Shown here: piece after piece, positions 1 to 13,590 of the stretch
Layout of the letters: each line of letters opens with the position of its first letter
Numbering within the stretch: position 1 is the stretch's first letter
From: Octopus sinensis
Lineage: Eukaryota
Length of the DNA: 64,000 bases
Direction of reading: 5' to 3'
NCBI RefSeq assembly: GCF_006345805.1
Contig: NC_042997.1
Coordinates: 58,404,001 to 58,468,000 of the forward strand
Notes under the pieces: model-generated
What the model saw: the letters and a program-made list of their open reading frames with translations, nothing else
Told to the model about the DNA's origin: nothing
Database searches by the model: none
Position numbers and translations under genes: made by a program

Positions 1-482
1 CTTACTTAACCAGACAGTTGATTAAATCTACTACTCTTGTTCATCACCATGATAACTACGACTGATAATGTTCTTTCCTGTGGAAATATATGATTTATTC
101 TGCTGTGAATGACAATAGATTGTATTTTCCCTTCATATTTACCTACAGCCATTCTCTCCTCATCTTTTTTTATTCCTTTTGTTCCATCTATTCTCTGTTG
201 TATTTACCTCTCTCCCTTCGTTTGCTTATCTCTCCATTTCTTTGTATGATTCAACTGCGTCAACACATCTTCCTTTGTCTCTCTCCATTCATTCCATTTC
301 CCCCCCAGTCTTCAGTCTCTCTCCAACCGTCTGTCCATCTCTGTAAGTGTCGTTCTCTTACCAATGTTTCAATTTTGTTAATATGATTGTTTGTCTCTGC
401 CTGTTTACTTCATTATTTCCTCCCACTCTCTCTCCTTGCTTGCCTATTTGTCAGTCTCTCTCTCTATTTCTTCCCCTATCAC

Positions 483-524
<42 letters not shown>

Positions 525-1109
525 CTCCCTCATTGATGTTGTTAACTCATATGAATCTGACAATTTGTTTCCATATTACTCTTCCAAAACAACTCATATC
601 CACTAAAGCCTTTTACAGTACAATAATAATATTCTGTCAAAAATAGAGACAGAAACAGTAGGCTTTATATTGTTATTACTTGATTAATTGCATACATCAA
701 TTCAGAATTATTTTCTTTCCTTACAATGCCGTGTTACTTAGATCGTGCGCTCCTCTCAATTCATGCTCGAGGCAACAGGTAGGTTTCTGATGGGAAGCTT
801 GATACTTGCATTTGTGTGCACGCTTACTTTTAGTCTGAATGGTAGAAAATATATCACGATATGATCTTGTTTCTGAACTGACTTTTTCTTTGTTGTCTTT
901 GGAAAGACAACAGTAACAGCAATGGAAATGCTAGCTAACATCTTCAGTTACACACACATACACACAGATGTATGTATGTATGTATATGTGCGTGCGTGTG
1001 TATGTGCATGTGTGTGTTTTTTGTGTGTGTATAGATAACAAACATACCTTTATAAAATGTATGAATGTATACACACACATACACACATATATATATATAT
1101 ATATGTATG

Positions 1110-1157
<48 letters not shown>

Positions 1158-1346
1158 ATTATATATATATATATATATGAAAAGTAAAATGCACTACGAC
1201 ATCTTGATATCCTGTTGCTTATTTTGATTTTATTCATCTTAGTTCGAACTGTGCTGATAATACTTGACTGACTTGGTGCTTCAACACTTAAGTACCTAAT
1301 TCAGCTGAATCTCAATTATATATATATATATATAGCCACACACACA

Positions 1347-1385
<39 letters not shown>

Positions 1386-1517
1386 AATATTTAAGCGTAG
1401 GTGTGGCTGTTTGGTAAGAAGTTTACTTCTCAATCACATGGTCCCAGGTTCAATCTCTGCCCGACCAAATCCTCGTTACAGGTAGACGGAATCTGAAAGA
1501 AGCCAAGAAGCTTGTCG

Positions 1518-1656
<139 letters not shown>

Positions 1657-2021
1657 CATTAATATGTATGCGTATGTGTACATGCATACAAATATATTCG
1701 TTTATATTCAATATAAGCAAATACATATGTACACATGTATGTGTGTATACTTATGTATATATAACGACACACGCACGCACATACATATACATATGTGTAT
1801 GTGTGTGCGTGTGCGTGCGTGCGCGTATATGTGAGGGCGGCGAGCTGGCAGAATCATGTACACAGTGCATTTCATTCGTCTTCATATTTTGGATTCAAAT
1901 TCCGCCGACTTCGCCATTCATTCCTTCGGGGTCGATGAAATGAGTATCAGCGAGGCATGAACATCCCTCCCCTTGAATTTCAGGCCTTGTACATAAATAA
2001 ATACATACACATGTATGTATT

Positions 2022-2700
2022 TATTGGGTTGGAAAGGAAATCTTGTCTCACTTGTGACATGATCACTTCGAGGGCACTTTCTCAATTCTGACAGTAAAAT
2101 AAGCATTAATTTTTTTACATTCTAATGCCGTTTCCTTCTTTGCAAATTATTTAAACCATAGTAGTTAATTTTGTATCATTTTTACTCTTTTAAAATGAGT
2201 TTAGATCAGACCGATTCCACACCCTGCATGCTGTATGAATTCAAAAGGAAGTTTTCAGCAATTTAAACAAGAAGATAAATTCATTTTCTTTATAAAATGA
2301 AGATTTAAGTGCTCGGGAAATTTTTCTGTCGCAGGTTCTCCTCGTTCTGGACGACCACGTTCTGGTAATATTGTTCTGAAAACTGTTGGTGATAAAAATG
2401 TAAAGACTGCACGAGTATTTGCCAAACAGTTTAACGCAAGTCACGCTTCAATCATAAAACACCTTCACGGACTAGGAAGTGTCAAAACTTGGTCAGAGGG
2501 TCATTCATCATTTGATTACTTCTCAACTTAATCAAAGCTCGTCACTGAAAAGCAGACTTGCTATCGAACCTTTTAGGGTAGAATCATCCCAAGTGTTAAA
2601 AAGTGTCTTTTCTATAATCATGTCCAACGAAAACGAAAATGGTTAGCATCCAGTAGAAATGGACAGTCCATCCCTAAACCAATACTACACACTCTGCAAG
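2022..2700 (+). mobile_element. Degenerate mariner transposon fragment (5' part)
   Basis: TA + TTGGGTTGGAAAGGAAATC TIR-like start. Broken frames give CMLYEFK, HLHGLG, KLGQRVIHHL and RIIPSVKKCLFYNHVQRKRKWL, resembling the mariner WVPHEL and RIVTGDEKW..Y.N..RKR.W blocks. Confidence 0.6.
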
Positions 2701-4184
2701 ATAATATTTATCCGCATTTAAATGTAAATCTCCTGTTAGAAAAAAATAGTGTTGCAGTAGATACCTTGAAAAAACTCATATTGGCTTTCGGTGCAAAATG
2801 CGGTCTTGTTTTTATTGCTAGCAGGGAGATAAATCGCCGCCATCTCCAGTGCCGAGGTCACCAGATCATGTGATTTCGACCTTCCTTGGTCTTGTCAACG
2901 ATAGACACTTGACTGCTAGAGATAGCAGCGTCTCGTCTCCCCACAGTGATATATAGAAAATCAGTGCCAGAACAGGGGCTGGTGTCGCAGGTCATCCATC
3001 CATCCATCCATCCATCTACCCATCCCTAATTTAGCGAAGTAAAATGGAGTGAGCGAGTTCCTTTATTTCATTGATTTACAGTTGTTTCATCAAATACTGA
3101 TCTCATGAGCATATTCAATAATATATGCAATCATTAATTCATGAGATGTCCCCGACACAAATTCAAAGATAGATTCTTCAAATCATGCATAAATGTTATT
3201 TGCCATGGAATACAAGAGTCAACTATAATTCATGCCCATATCTAGTTGAGCACATTTAAATGGTTAAATGGTTACCTTAACATATCACGAGCCAAAAAAG
3301 AAAAAAAACAAATCGTCGTTTGAGTTGACCGTTTAAGAAGAATTGGTGAATCATAAAAAGAAAGAAAGAATAAAAGCATAAAAGAAAAGTTTTGGCTTTT
3401 AGAGAGTATAAAAAATTATAGTCATTTGTTAGTTTCTATCTTAAAAGTACTAGCAACGAAATTCTTCAAATTTTCTTTAGTGCTCTTGGTAAAACTTCAT
3501 CCTACCTGCCATTCAGACAACGGAATGGTAACACAAAATTGTATTTTTAGCAAGCTGAAATATATTGACTGCCACTATATAGCAGCCAGCCATAAAATGA
3601 CACTACAGTAGTCGACAGATATTTACCACAGAGTCTCTGTAGTAAATATCTGCCTGTGTGTATATATATTTATATCTCTATATATATGACTTACACGCTG
3701 CGGAGACTGAGAATATTCTCTTTCATGTTTAGGTAATGTAATTGTAAAGTAATCTAAAAATTGTCTTTTGAATCCTTATGTATACTTATTCTTATTTTCG
3801 TGCGCACCTGAGTTTTGGCCTTGTTTGAAATGATGTTCAATCGCAAAATATGTCCTTAGGCTTTTGGCACTGAAACTAGTGACTTTTGATGAATTTGTCT
3901 TGATATTATTTTATTCTTTTATTCATTTATTCTTTTACTGTTTTCAGATTTTAGACGCGGACATGATTAAAGACCGTCTTTTAAATTTCGAAGTTATCAA
4001 TTGGACACCGGTATTTTGACTGAGATTTATCTCATCGACCTTGGAAGGCAAAATGTCTAAATTGTCGTAGGCAAGGTATTTTGTTCGACTTCAACTAAAT
4101 ATTGCCAATCGACAGTAAACGTATTTCCATTTATTAGATAGTGTTGATTCCCTTACAAAATACGCTTTCATGTTTACTGCTTTA

Positions 4185-4584
4185 TCTTTTAGTTGTTTCA
4201 TTCATTGGACTGTAGCCATATTGGAGCACCTCTTCGAAGGATCTTGGTCGAAACAAATCGACCTCATTACTTATTTTAAGTGTGTACTTATTATATCAGT
4301 TTTTTTGTCGATTCGCTAAGTTACGAGGGCGTACGTAAGCCAATACTGGTTGTCAAGTCGTGGAGTAGGGACAAGCACTCACACAAAAATACTCATGCTC
4401 ACGCACACACGCACGCACACGGCAAGCTTCCACACAGTTTCTTCCTACCAAATTCGCTCTCAACGCATTTGTTGGTCCAGGGCTATAGTAGAAGATACTT
4501 ACCCAAAGTACCGCATAGTGAATCTGAACCGAAAATCACATGGTTGCAAAGCGAGTTTCTTTACCTCACAGCCATGTTTGCGCC
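4185..4584 (-). mobile_element. tRNA-derived SINE family A (CORE-like, octopus OR-type), diverged copy
   Basis: Matches the better copy at 20177-20565: GGCTGTGTGGTAAG head, CTTGGGCAAGTGTCTTCTACTATAGCC core, internal CA/TA tract, GACTGAAACAAGTAAAAG tail. Confidence 0.7.
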
Positions 4585-5564
4585 TTGTATAGTTAATCTA
4601 AAAACAGTTGCCTTCAAATCCTCACGCCATCAAATTTCCATATGCTCTTTGGTTTTGATTTCATCTGCTCAATGTTAAACATACACACATACACGCTCCC
4701 CCATCCCACCACACAAAATAGACTTTTCCATTAATATCGAGGCATGACTATCTAGTTATCCGATCAACTCAACCTATTTATTTAGCGTGCAAAGCGGTCG
4801 ACGCGTTTACTCTTGACGCAATTCTCAGTCAGAATTAGAGCGATACAGTGTGACACGGTCGAACTCTAAGTACATCCCATCCAACGGGCTTCTAAACACA
4901 AACCATTTCCTCATTTCCACTCACAAGGTATATGATAAAGATGTATGGCATTTGTGCAAATATTTTTTGCGAAACTTGAGTATCGTACCCCGAGGATCAA
5001 ACTCTGAGCCTAAAGGCTGTAAAGTGAACTTTTTATCCAACCATTCATACCTTTATATGTGTACATATGCGTGTTTGTGCGTGTGTGTTTGTGCTTATTG
5101 AGTGATAAGTAAGACCTAAAACACTGATTATACATAATCATATAGCATGGTCTTGCAGGACTGAACACTTACAATCTGTCAGCATATATAACATCAAATC
5201 AATTATAAACCTTTTATCTGTAACAGTTTAATGGCACAGAAAATAAGTGCTGATGGAAATACGCACGGTAACACAAATTCTTAAAAAAAAAAAAAAAAAT
5301 TATATGTGTAAATTACTCGAGACATAGGATGCAATATAGTTAAGTAAATTTTAATTTTGCTTCTCACCACGAATTGGAAAAATTCACCATTTAACTTAAC
5401 ATCTATGAACTTTATTTAAAGATAATGGTTACAAATTTTGGCACAAAGCCAGTCACGCTTTATTTTGTATATGATAGAATTTCCATATCCCGCCGAAGAC
5501 AACGTATGAGTGTTCGGTTTTTACTGAACGACTTGCAAAAATTAATTTCTTTATTGCTCACAAG

Positions 5565-6048
5565 CATAGAGAGGACAAACAAGGACAGACAAACGGATTA
5601 AATCGATTACATCAACCCCAGTGCGTAACTAGTACTTATTTAATCGACCCCGAAAGGATGATAATAATAATCATTTCAAATTGGGGAAGGTGGAGATGAG
5701 TCGATTACGTCGATCCCAGTATTCAACTGGTACTTATTTTATCGACCGCGAAAGGATGAAACGCAAAGTCGACCTCGGCGGAATTTGAACTCAGAATGTA
5801 ACGGCAGACGAAATACCTATTTCTTTACTACCCACAAGGGGCTAAACACAGAGATGACAAACAAGGACAGACAAACGGATTAAGTCGATTACATCGACCC
5901 CAGTGCGTAACTGGTACTTAATTTATCGACCCCGAAAGGATGAAAGGCAAAGTCGTCCTCGGCGGAATTTGAACTCAGAACGTAACGGTAGACGAAATAC
6001 CGCTAAGCATTTCGCCCGGGGTGCTAACGATTCTGCCAGCTCGCCGCC
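5565..6048 (-). mobile_element. tRNA-derived SINE family B, internally tandem-duplicated
   Basis: Reverse complement reads GGCGGCGAGCTGGCAGAATCGTTAGC...GAGTTCAAATTCCGCCGAGG..GACTTTGCCTTTCATCCTTTCGGGGTCGATAAA, with the body repeated 2-3 times. Confidence 0.8.
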
Positions 6049-6052
6049 CTAT

Positions 6053-6472
6053 GACCTGTACAAATTATCTGTTTATAGTGATCAAATGTATTTGCTGTAC
6101 AATAAAGCAGGAGAAGATGGATGAAGAGCGGGGCGATGGGTCACGTACTCAAGGACAAATGGTGAACTCGGCCGCGTCCCACGGTAATGGCCGTGATGGC
6201 ACTGGTGCGGACAATGGCCAGTGACACTCGCTGCAGCAGTCATACAACCTCGCGGGGTTCATTCCTCCGACGAGTTACCGTTATCCCTATTTTGTGGAGG
6301 ACATCGTCTGTACGGGGCCCTAGAACACCTGATGTCTCGACAGCGACCGGTACAAACCGATAGCGGCCGGTCAGGCCTCTTTATCTATTGATTTTTCTCT
6401 ATTCTGCGTTACGGGCGGCGACAACTAGGTTTGCAGCCGATGCAGCAAGGTAAGTGATAGCATGTAAGTGCG
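6053..6472 (-). mobile_element. 3' fragment of a CRE-like non-LTR retrotransposon (restriction-like endonuclease C-terminus + 3'UTR)
   Basis: Minus frame AITYLAASAANLVVAARNAE*RKINR*RGLTGRYRFVPVAVETSGVLG...REVV*LLQRVSLAIVRTSA matches the CRE-clade AE..K..KY / F.P.A.ET.G..G / L.QRLS.AI.RGNA motifs; in-frame stops present. Confidence 0.8.
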
Positions 6473-7202
6473 TGTGTGTGTGTGTGTGTGTTTTTGAAAA
6501 TGAATCAGATATAATAATAAGTTTCCCTAAACGGCATCAGTTTATTAATCTTTATCATTTCTGTAGCTGGAGTTATTTTTGAAATAGTCTTGGAAAAGAA
6601 AATTACATCTCCCGGAAAGAAGAAAAAGTTATCAAGCTTTGAAAGATATAATTATCTTTATTTACATCTATCCAGACTGATAGAAAGTATATAAAACTTA
6701 ACAGCTTGAGTTTAAATACACCAGCGAAAACTGAAAATAGCGATAGGAAATTAAAGAATGACGCTAAATTTAAATATGGTTAATGAACAGATTCTTCAGA
6801 AAAGAAAACAGAATTTTAATAGGACTGACATGAAATAGCAAATAAGTTCAGCATAAAAATATTCTTTGCTAAGTGAGAAAAGGAAATGACAAATTTTACA
6901 TAGTGATATTCTTGATGCATTACAGCAACGCAAGTTTGTAAACTATTTAAACAGAAAACAAAAGTCACCATGCCAACCGTCAACACGACGTGAACATTAA
7001 AATGCCATAAATGCTATCTATTTAGCAGCATTAATTTGAACGAATACACGCAATATTTCTTAGAAAGAAGTTGTTGTTAGTGTTGGATCGAGTTTGCCTT
7101 TCATTCTCTATCACATTTAGTCGAGTTATTACGCCGAAGATGATTGACAGTGACGTTCTTGTTAACCTTATTACTCAGAGTTGTGACCATTCCTCTGGAA
7201 AT

Positions 7203-7418
7203 AATTCGTTCTACTACAGGCAAAAAGCCTGAAACTTTTGTGGAAAGGGTTAGTCGATTACATTGACCCCAGTGTTCAATTGGTACTTATTTCATCGAAC
7301 CCCGAAAGGATGAAAGGCAAATCCGACCTCGGCAGAATTTGAACTCGGAACGTAAAGATGAACGAAATGCCGCCAAGCATTTTTTCCGGCGTGCTCACGA
7401 TTCTGCCAGCTTGTCGCC
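7203..7418 (-). mobile_element. SINE family B copy
   Basis: GAAAGGATGAAAGGCAAA..CGACCTCGGCAGAATTTGAACTC...TTCTGCCAGC. Confidence 0.75.
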
Positions 7419-7756
7419 TTCTTCTGGAAATAATACCAGTTGCAGTAAATGACCATCAGTTCAGGAAAAGAAAGAAATCTTGCACATTCGAATAAAGCAT
7501 GAGTGCAAACCATCCTGTTCCGCAAATTTACCATTTGCGCAGCTGTCATATAAGTAACATATTAGGGTTTCACATCACTTTATCCCTTCTACTGACAGTT
7601 GTTCCAACGTCTTCATCTATCAAAGAAAAATATCGCGCGCTAAATATACTCCAAGCAGGTTTTATACGCTAGAACGAAGATTGGACTTCGCACATACACA
7701 CATATATGTACATACATACATAAACACATATGCACATACATACATACATACATACA

Positions 7757-7790
<34 letters not shown>

Positions 7791-7794
7791 CATA

Positions 7795-8314
7795 TCGAAA
7801 ATCTCCGAGTATAATCCGCATTTTTTCCCAAAATTTAAAGGTCAAAATCCCTAGTGCGTACTATATACGAGGTTAAAAATGAAAAATATTTTCTAAGAAA
7901 TGTCCTAGTCTCTATTTGCTCTCCGGCAATGTTTATTCAGACGCATTTTGTGATGTCGGGCGCGAAAATACCTTAAGCTAAGCCTGAAAGCAACAAAGTC
8001 ATAAAAGAATCATCCATAACTTGCAGTAAGCAACATTTATTAAACGTTATTACTGTTATTACTGTTATTTCTTTATTTTCTGCAAACAAAATGCACAAAA
8101 AAGCCGCACGTTTGCATTGTTATATATATACTATAACAATAAAGGACGTTACCGTATACATTTTTACAAACCAAGGACGTTATATAGACCTCCTTGACTC
8201 AAGTTGGAGAAGGAGTGCGTATTATACACAAGGTTTAGGTTTTTCAGAGGTACAGCTCCCTAAAAATCCCCTGCGTATTATACTCAAGAGCGGACTATAC
8301 TCGAGGATTTACGG
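7795..8314. mobile_element. Non-autonomous Tc2/pogo-like DNA transposon (MITE)
   Basis: Imperfect TIRs TCGAAAATCTCCGAGTATAATCCGC / GCGGACTATACTCGAGGATTTACGG, TA on both flanks, subterminal TGCGTA(C/T)TATA repeats. Confidence 0.7.
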
Positions 8315-8752
8315 TACATACATATACACATATATATTATATACATATAAACATGCACGCAAACACAAGTTTCCGCCTACCAAATCCATTCACAAGGCTT
8401 TGGTCGTCGGCCTCAAGCTTTAGTAGAAGACACTCGCCCTAGGTGTCATACAACTGAACCCCAAACCATCTAGTTGGAAAGCAACCTTCTTATCATACTG
8501 CTACGCCTGCGCCTACGTATTTACTTTCGCAAGGAACCTGCATGATGACGGCTAGTGAGCACAACTTTCGACATCACTGTCTAAATATTCCGTGTATATA
8601 CATTTATACACGCACAGACACATATACACAAAGACATACACGCATGTGTACATATGCATTTCTACATATACATATATGTATAAGTATTCAAATAAACGTG
8701 TACATATATATGTATTTGTGTGTGTCTGTATATACTTGTATACTTGCATAAC

Positions 8753-8969
<217 letters not shown>

Positions 8970-9497
8970 TAAAGACAAAGAGAAGTATACAATATATCAT
9001 ACAAGTTTAATTATTCTTGATGTCTTGAAAATTATCTTTGTTCCTAGAGAAAATAAAAAGCTAGTACCTGGCGGCTATTGCTGCCGATTCTAGATTAGAA
9101 TCCACATGAATATGCGACACACACGCACACACACACACACACACACACCACACACACACACACACACACGCACACACGCACGCGCACGCACACACACACA
9201 CACACTCGCACGCACGCACACACACACACGCACACACAGAGATATATATTCATGTGTGCGAGAGTGCGCGCGCGTTTGCGTACACTATCTCTTTCCATGT
9301 GGCCCTTCTCTATCTTTGTTTTTGATATATTGTAAATTTTATTCTATCCCTCCATGTTAATAGCATAATATTTCCAGGAATATAAGAGCAAATTGATCTG
9401 GTCGAATTGATGCTATAGTTCAAATAACAAATTGTTTGTCTAATTTTCAGTGATTTTGGCGAAAATTGTCAACTCCCTCTCTATCTCTCTCTCTGTC

Positions 9498-9530
<33 letters not shown>

Positions 9531-10931
9531 TATATATATATACATATACAAATACAGACTAAATAAATCAAAAATATAAACGAATGAGAAACAAGAAACT
9601 CATTGAAACACATTTGTATAAAGGAATGTGGAATTGTAGAAGAGTATTACGTGTCAAAATATAATGACAAAGATAATTAAAAAGGTATTTTCAAAAAATA
9701 GCTGTGTGATAAGAAGCTTGTTTGCAGTCACATGGCTCCATGTTCAGTCCCACTACGTGGTTCTTTGTGCAAGTGTTTTCTACGAAAGCCTCGGGTCGAC
9801 CAAAGATTTGTGAGTGTATTTGGTAGACGAAAATTGAAAGAAGTCCGGATATACACGCACGCACGCACGCACACATTCACACACACACATACACACGCAC
9901 ACACACACACACATACATACACACATGCTTTCATATATTTTTATATATATAAAATACAAAAATGGGACAAGAACGCAAAACATCCTGACAGTTAGCTGAT
10001 ACAAAAAAGGGACAACAAAACATACTGACAGACGATACAAAGAAAACAAGGACGGTTTTCATTCCTCAGTCGAGTTCCAGATTATCTTTGCAATTTCGGC
10101 TGGTTATACTCGAGATTGCTCCAATCTGGCCAGCCCCAAGGAAAAACTAAGCTAAGAGCACTAGATTCCTTGCAAGAAAGTAGCGAAGGTATACGAAAAC
10201 AAGGAGAACTTCAATTGGAGCTTAGTAAAATCTATGAAAAGAACAATTTCTTTTTAATCAGTTCAAGAGAATAGAATAATTTGCAAGCTGACTCCGCCGC
10301 TCGAATTTTCGAAGTCTCAAGGTAACATAACTGCTCTTTTTTCCCTCTCTATCTTGTTATCTCTCTCCCTCTCTCTATTTCTATTTCTATCTCTCTCAAA
10401 CACAGATGCGCGCCCGCACACACACACACACACACGTACACACAAAAACACACACATGCACACATTATGACTGACATGCGCATCGTTCTAGACTTGCATT
10501 AACTGTTATTTGAGACATTTTAATTTTCTCATGAACATTTTCCATAAATTTGAAGTTTGTCCATTCGTGTGAATATGAACGATATTCGAAGCAAAATATT
10601 ATGTAGTGGAACTTTTTTGCGATAACAACGGCAATTTTTATTATATTGCATTTTTAATCTCTTGTTCTGTTTTGATCCATTGTGATCAACTTAATCTTCT
10701 TAACGGAATGAAAAGACTTGATATATTTCATCATAATCTTCGTCCTTTGTGTCGGCAAATATCTACAAAAGGAGCCATTAATATTATTATTTCAACATGG
10801 CTGTGTGGTAAGAAGTTTGTTTACCAGCCACATGGTTCCGCGTACCACTATGGGCAAGTATCTTCTACTATAGCTTCGTGCCGACCAAAGCCTTGCGATT
10901 GGATTTGGTAGACAGAACTGAAAGAAGCCCG

Positions 10932-10977
<46 letters not shown>

Positions 10978-10993
10978 ATATATATATATATAT

Positions 10994-11695
10994 ATTAATA
11001 AATATAAGGGTAGCAAAAAATTCTCCGCTACCAGCGGTCTAGTGAGAAAGAAAAGATAGTCAAAGACTATATAATATACATTCAACAATATAAGGAATGG
11101 CCATAATAGGACATTCGACTCACTAGAAAGAGCAGCCAAACTCAAACCGCTAAATAGTTGTAATTCTGAAATAGAAAGAGAAATAAAAACGTTTACTCCT
11201 TTCATCTCTGGACTATGCATAGTTTCGGCAAACTTTGGTAAACAAATTAATTAAATTAAATTAAATTTATTTACAACTGGCGTGCCTCGTCAGCAGAGAA
11301 GCCAAGACGAGTATATGTCCACGAGGCGATGGTAAAGAAGCCTCCAGTCCATATGCTCTAAATTTTGGCCATTCCTTATATTGTTGAATGTATATTATAT
11401 AGTCTTTGACTATCTTTTCTTTCTCATTAGACCGCTGGTAGCGGAGAATTTTTTCTAGAATTTTCTGCTACCCTTATATTTATTAATTAATGATTTTTGG
11501 GATAATTTTGAAATTAAATCAGCAGTTTATATTTGCTGCTGAGAAGACCACGCGATTGCGGTAGAATTTTGAAAAGGGGTAAACGTTTTTATTTCTCTTT
11601 CTATTTCAGAATTACAACTATTTAGCGGTTTGAGTTTGGCTGCTCTTTCTAGTGAGTCGAAAGTCCTATTATGGCCATTCCTTATATTGTTGAAT
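10994..11695. mobile_element. PLE-type inverted-repeat cassette with HHR
   Basis: 10994-11203 is the reverse complement of 11571-11695 plus 11366-11487. The right side shows a 306-bp periodicity (TGGCCATTCCTTATATTGTTGAAT at 11366 and 11672). Flanked by (TA)n. Confidence 0.8.
11206..11298 (-). ncRNA. Type I hammerhead ribozyme, intact core
   Basis: ctctg-CTGACGA-ggca(long AT-rich loop)tgcc-GAAA-ctatgcatag-TC-cagag: 5-bp stem I, stem II, palindromic stem III, GUC cleavage triplet. Confidence 0.9.
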
Positions 11696-11701
11696 ATATA
11701 T

Positions 11702-11774
<73 letters not shown>

Positions 11775-11826
11775 GTATGTATGATGTATGTATGTATGTA
11801 TGTATGTATGTATGTATGTATGTATG

Positions 11827-11866
<40 letters not shown>

Positions 11867-12049
11867 CGTCTGTGTTTGTCCTTCCCACCACCGCTGGTGT
11901 GGTGTGTTCACATCCCCGTAACTTAGCGGTTCAGCAAAATAAGTACCAGGCTTATAAAAAGAAATAAGAACTGGGGTCGATACATTCGACTAAAAAATTC
12001 TTCAAGGCGGTAACCTTGACTGAAACAAATAAAAGATAAAAGAAATCTT

Positions 12050-13140
12050 TATTGTTGCTTGCTTTAACAAACGAGCACAATCAGTATGTCTTGGGTGTGT
12101 GCATCGGTTTTGAATTTTCTCTTGTACTGAAAATGGTTATTCATTTGTTTGTATTTTTTAAGATCATTCCCAAAGTACCAATTAGAGTAGGTATTGCTTC
12201 TGCTTACAATTTTCATATTTTGGTGATCTCGATTTCTAAATCTTCATGTTTGGATAATTTTACATTTTTTGTTTTCGTGAGAGTTATTATAACATGCCGG
12301 GCAAAGTGTTAGAGGCATTTCGTCCACCTTTACGTTCTGAGTTCAAATTCCGCCGAGGTCGACTTTGCTTTTCATCATTTCTGGGTCGATAAAATAAGTA
12401 CCAGTTGAACACTAGGGGTTGATGTTATCGACTTACCCTCTTCGTTGTGCCAAAATTTGAAATCAATTTTACATTCATCTCTCTGTCTGTATAAATTAAT
12501 ATATCCTAGACCACAGTCAGTTTGTCATTCACTATGACTTTTCCTGGTATATGTTTATGCTACCGCTTTCCTGTTAAAATTTCATAATGCTGATATAATT
12601 CCAGGGTATTAAATCTTTAATTCCGTTATAAGTATACATGAAATTTGTATAAGTATTTCCTACAGTTGTAGTAGTTTCTGGTGAGAAGGTTTTGATGATA
12701 TGCTGTAGTGCCAAAACCTTCAGAGTTGAGTCCTGAGCTTCTCAGTCTGTGGTGAGAGTTTTTATTATTCAGTCTCCTTTTCAGTTTTCTCAAGTATTAT
12801 AGACTTTTTCACTATTTGAGTAATTTTTCACATTAGATCCCTTCTTTTCTATTTCGTAAACTAAGATGAGGTTTTAGCTTTCCAGCAATTTTATGCATCA
12901 ATTTTACATATCATATTTTCTTTTCATTTTTCGAAGTTCAGTTTGGTTGAGGATGACCCTTTTAGGGTTGAGTCTGATTTCCCTCGTTACTATCGTTGTT
13001 AGGTTATAAATAACATTACTTAGTCTGTCTATATAAGTTCAATTTGCTGCCGTGCACAGAGTTTCTTGTAGGTCCAGGTTACATTTATTCATTTCATAGA
13101 GCTTCTTATTCGTCTGTAGCTTTAGCAAGTGTCTTTGCTA
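12050..13140 (-). mobile_element. Degenerate R4/Dong-like RLE LINE 3' fragment, interrupted by SINE B (about 12295-12465)
   Basis: Minus-strand peptides KLSKHEDLEIEITKI*KL..IPTLIGTLG (RLE end), plus LRSSGL and QNLLTRNY-like blocks upstream. Confidence 0.6.
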
Positions 13141-13590
13141 TGTTGAGCGACTATGTTCCAATCGCAAAAACATACGCACGTATACATGCATACTTACGTA
13201 CTCGATATATAATTACACACACACCATGACTTGGGACAGAGTAAATAAATTATACACAATAGTTGAGCAGATATCAACACAACACTAAAGATTAGCGCAA
13301 CAGAAAACATCTGCGTTGAACTGATGAGAAATCTGCTCCATCTGGACTTATCGCTTTAGACTCTACCTATAATTATTTGAGCACTATTTCTGTACTACGG
13401 CATAAATACATACACAGTGAGACTTACACTTGGCTTGTATATCATTACCAAAAGGCCTCCATAAATGCACGTCACAGCGCACACACATAGTCCAAAGCCA
13501 ATCACCTGCATTGGATTCACATTAATTATATATATATATATATATATATAAGTTGAGTTGTGGGGTATCGCACGAGTGGAATTATATATG

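Larger units (their letters stand above)
10795..12045 (+). mobile_element. SINE family A split by an insertion into its internal (TA)n
   Basis: Head at about 10795-10935 and tail at about 11860-12045, with the HHR cassette 10994-11695 between them. Confidence 0.7.

Noticed and set aside
742-778. Possible micro-exon (AG...CAG/GTAGGT)
   Set aside because: No recognisable peptide or partner exons; cannot be supported.
5565-6048. CRISPR-like repeat-spacer array
   Set aside because: The repeats are duplicated SINE bodies in a eukaryotic context, with no unique regular spacers.
6440-6455. ATGCAGCAAG/GTAAGT as a first coding exon with a splice donor
   Set aside because: Lies on the antisense strand of the CRE-like LINE fragment, which explains the GC-rich tract.
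13321-13340. CTGATGAGAAA as a hammerhead
   Set aside because: No stem II or stem I.
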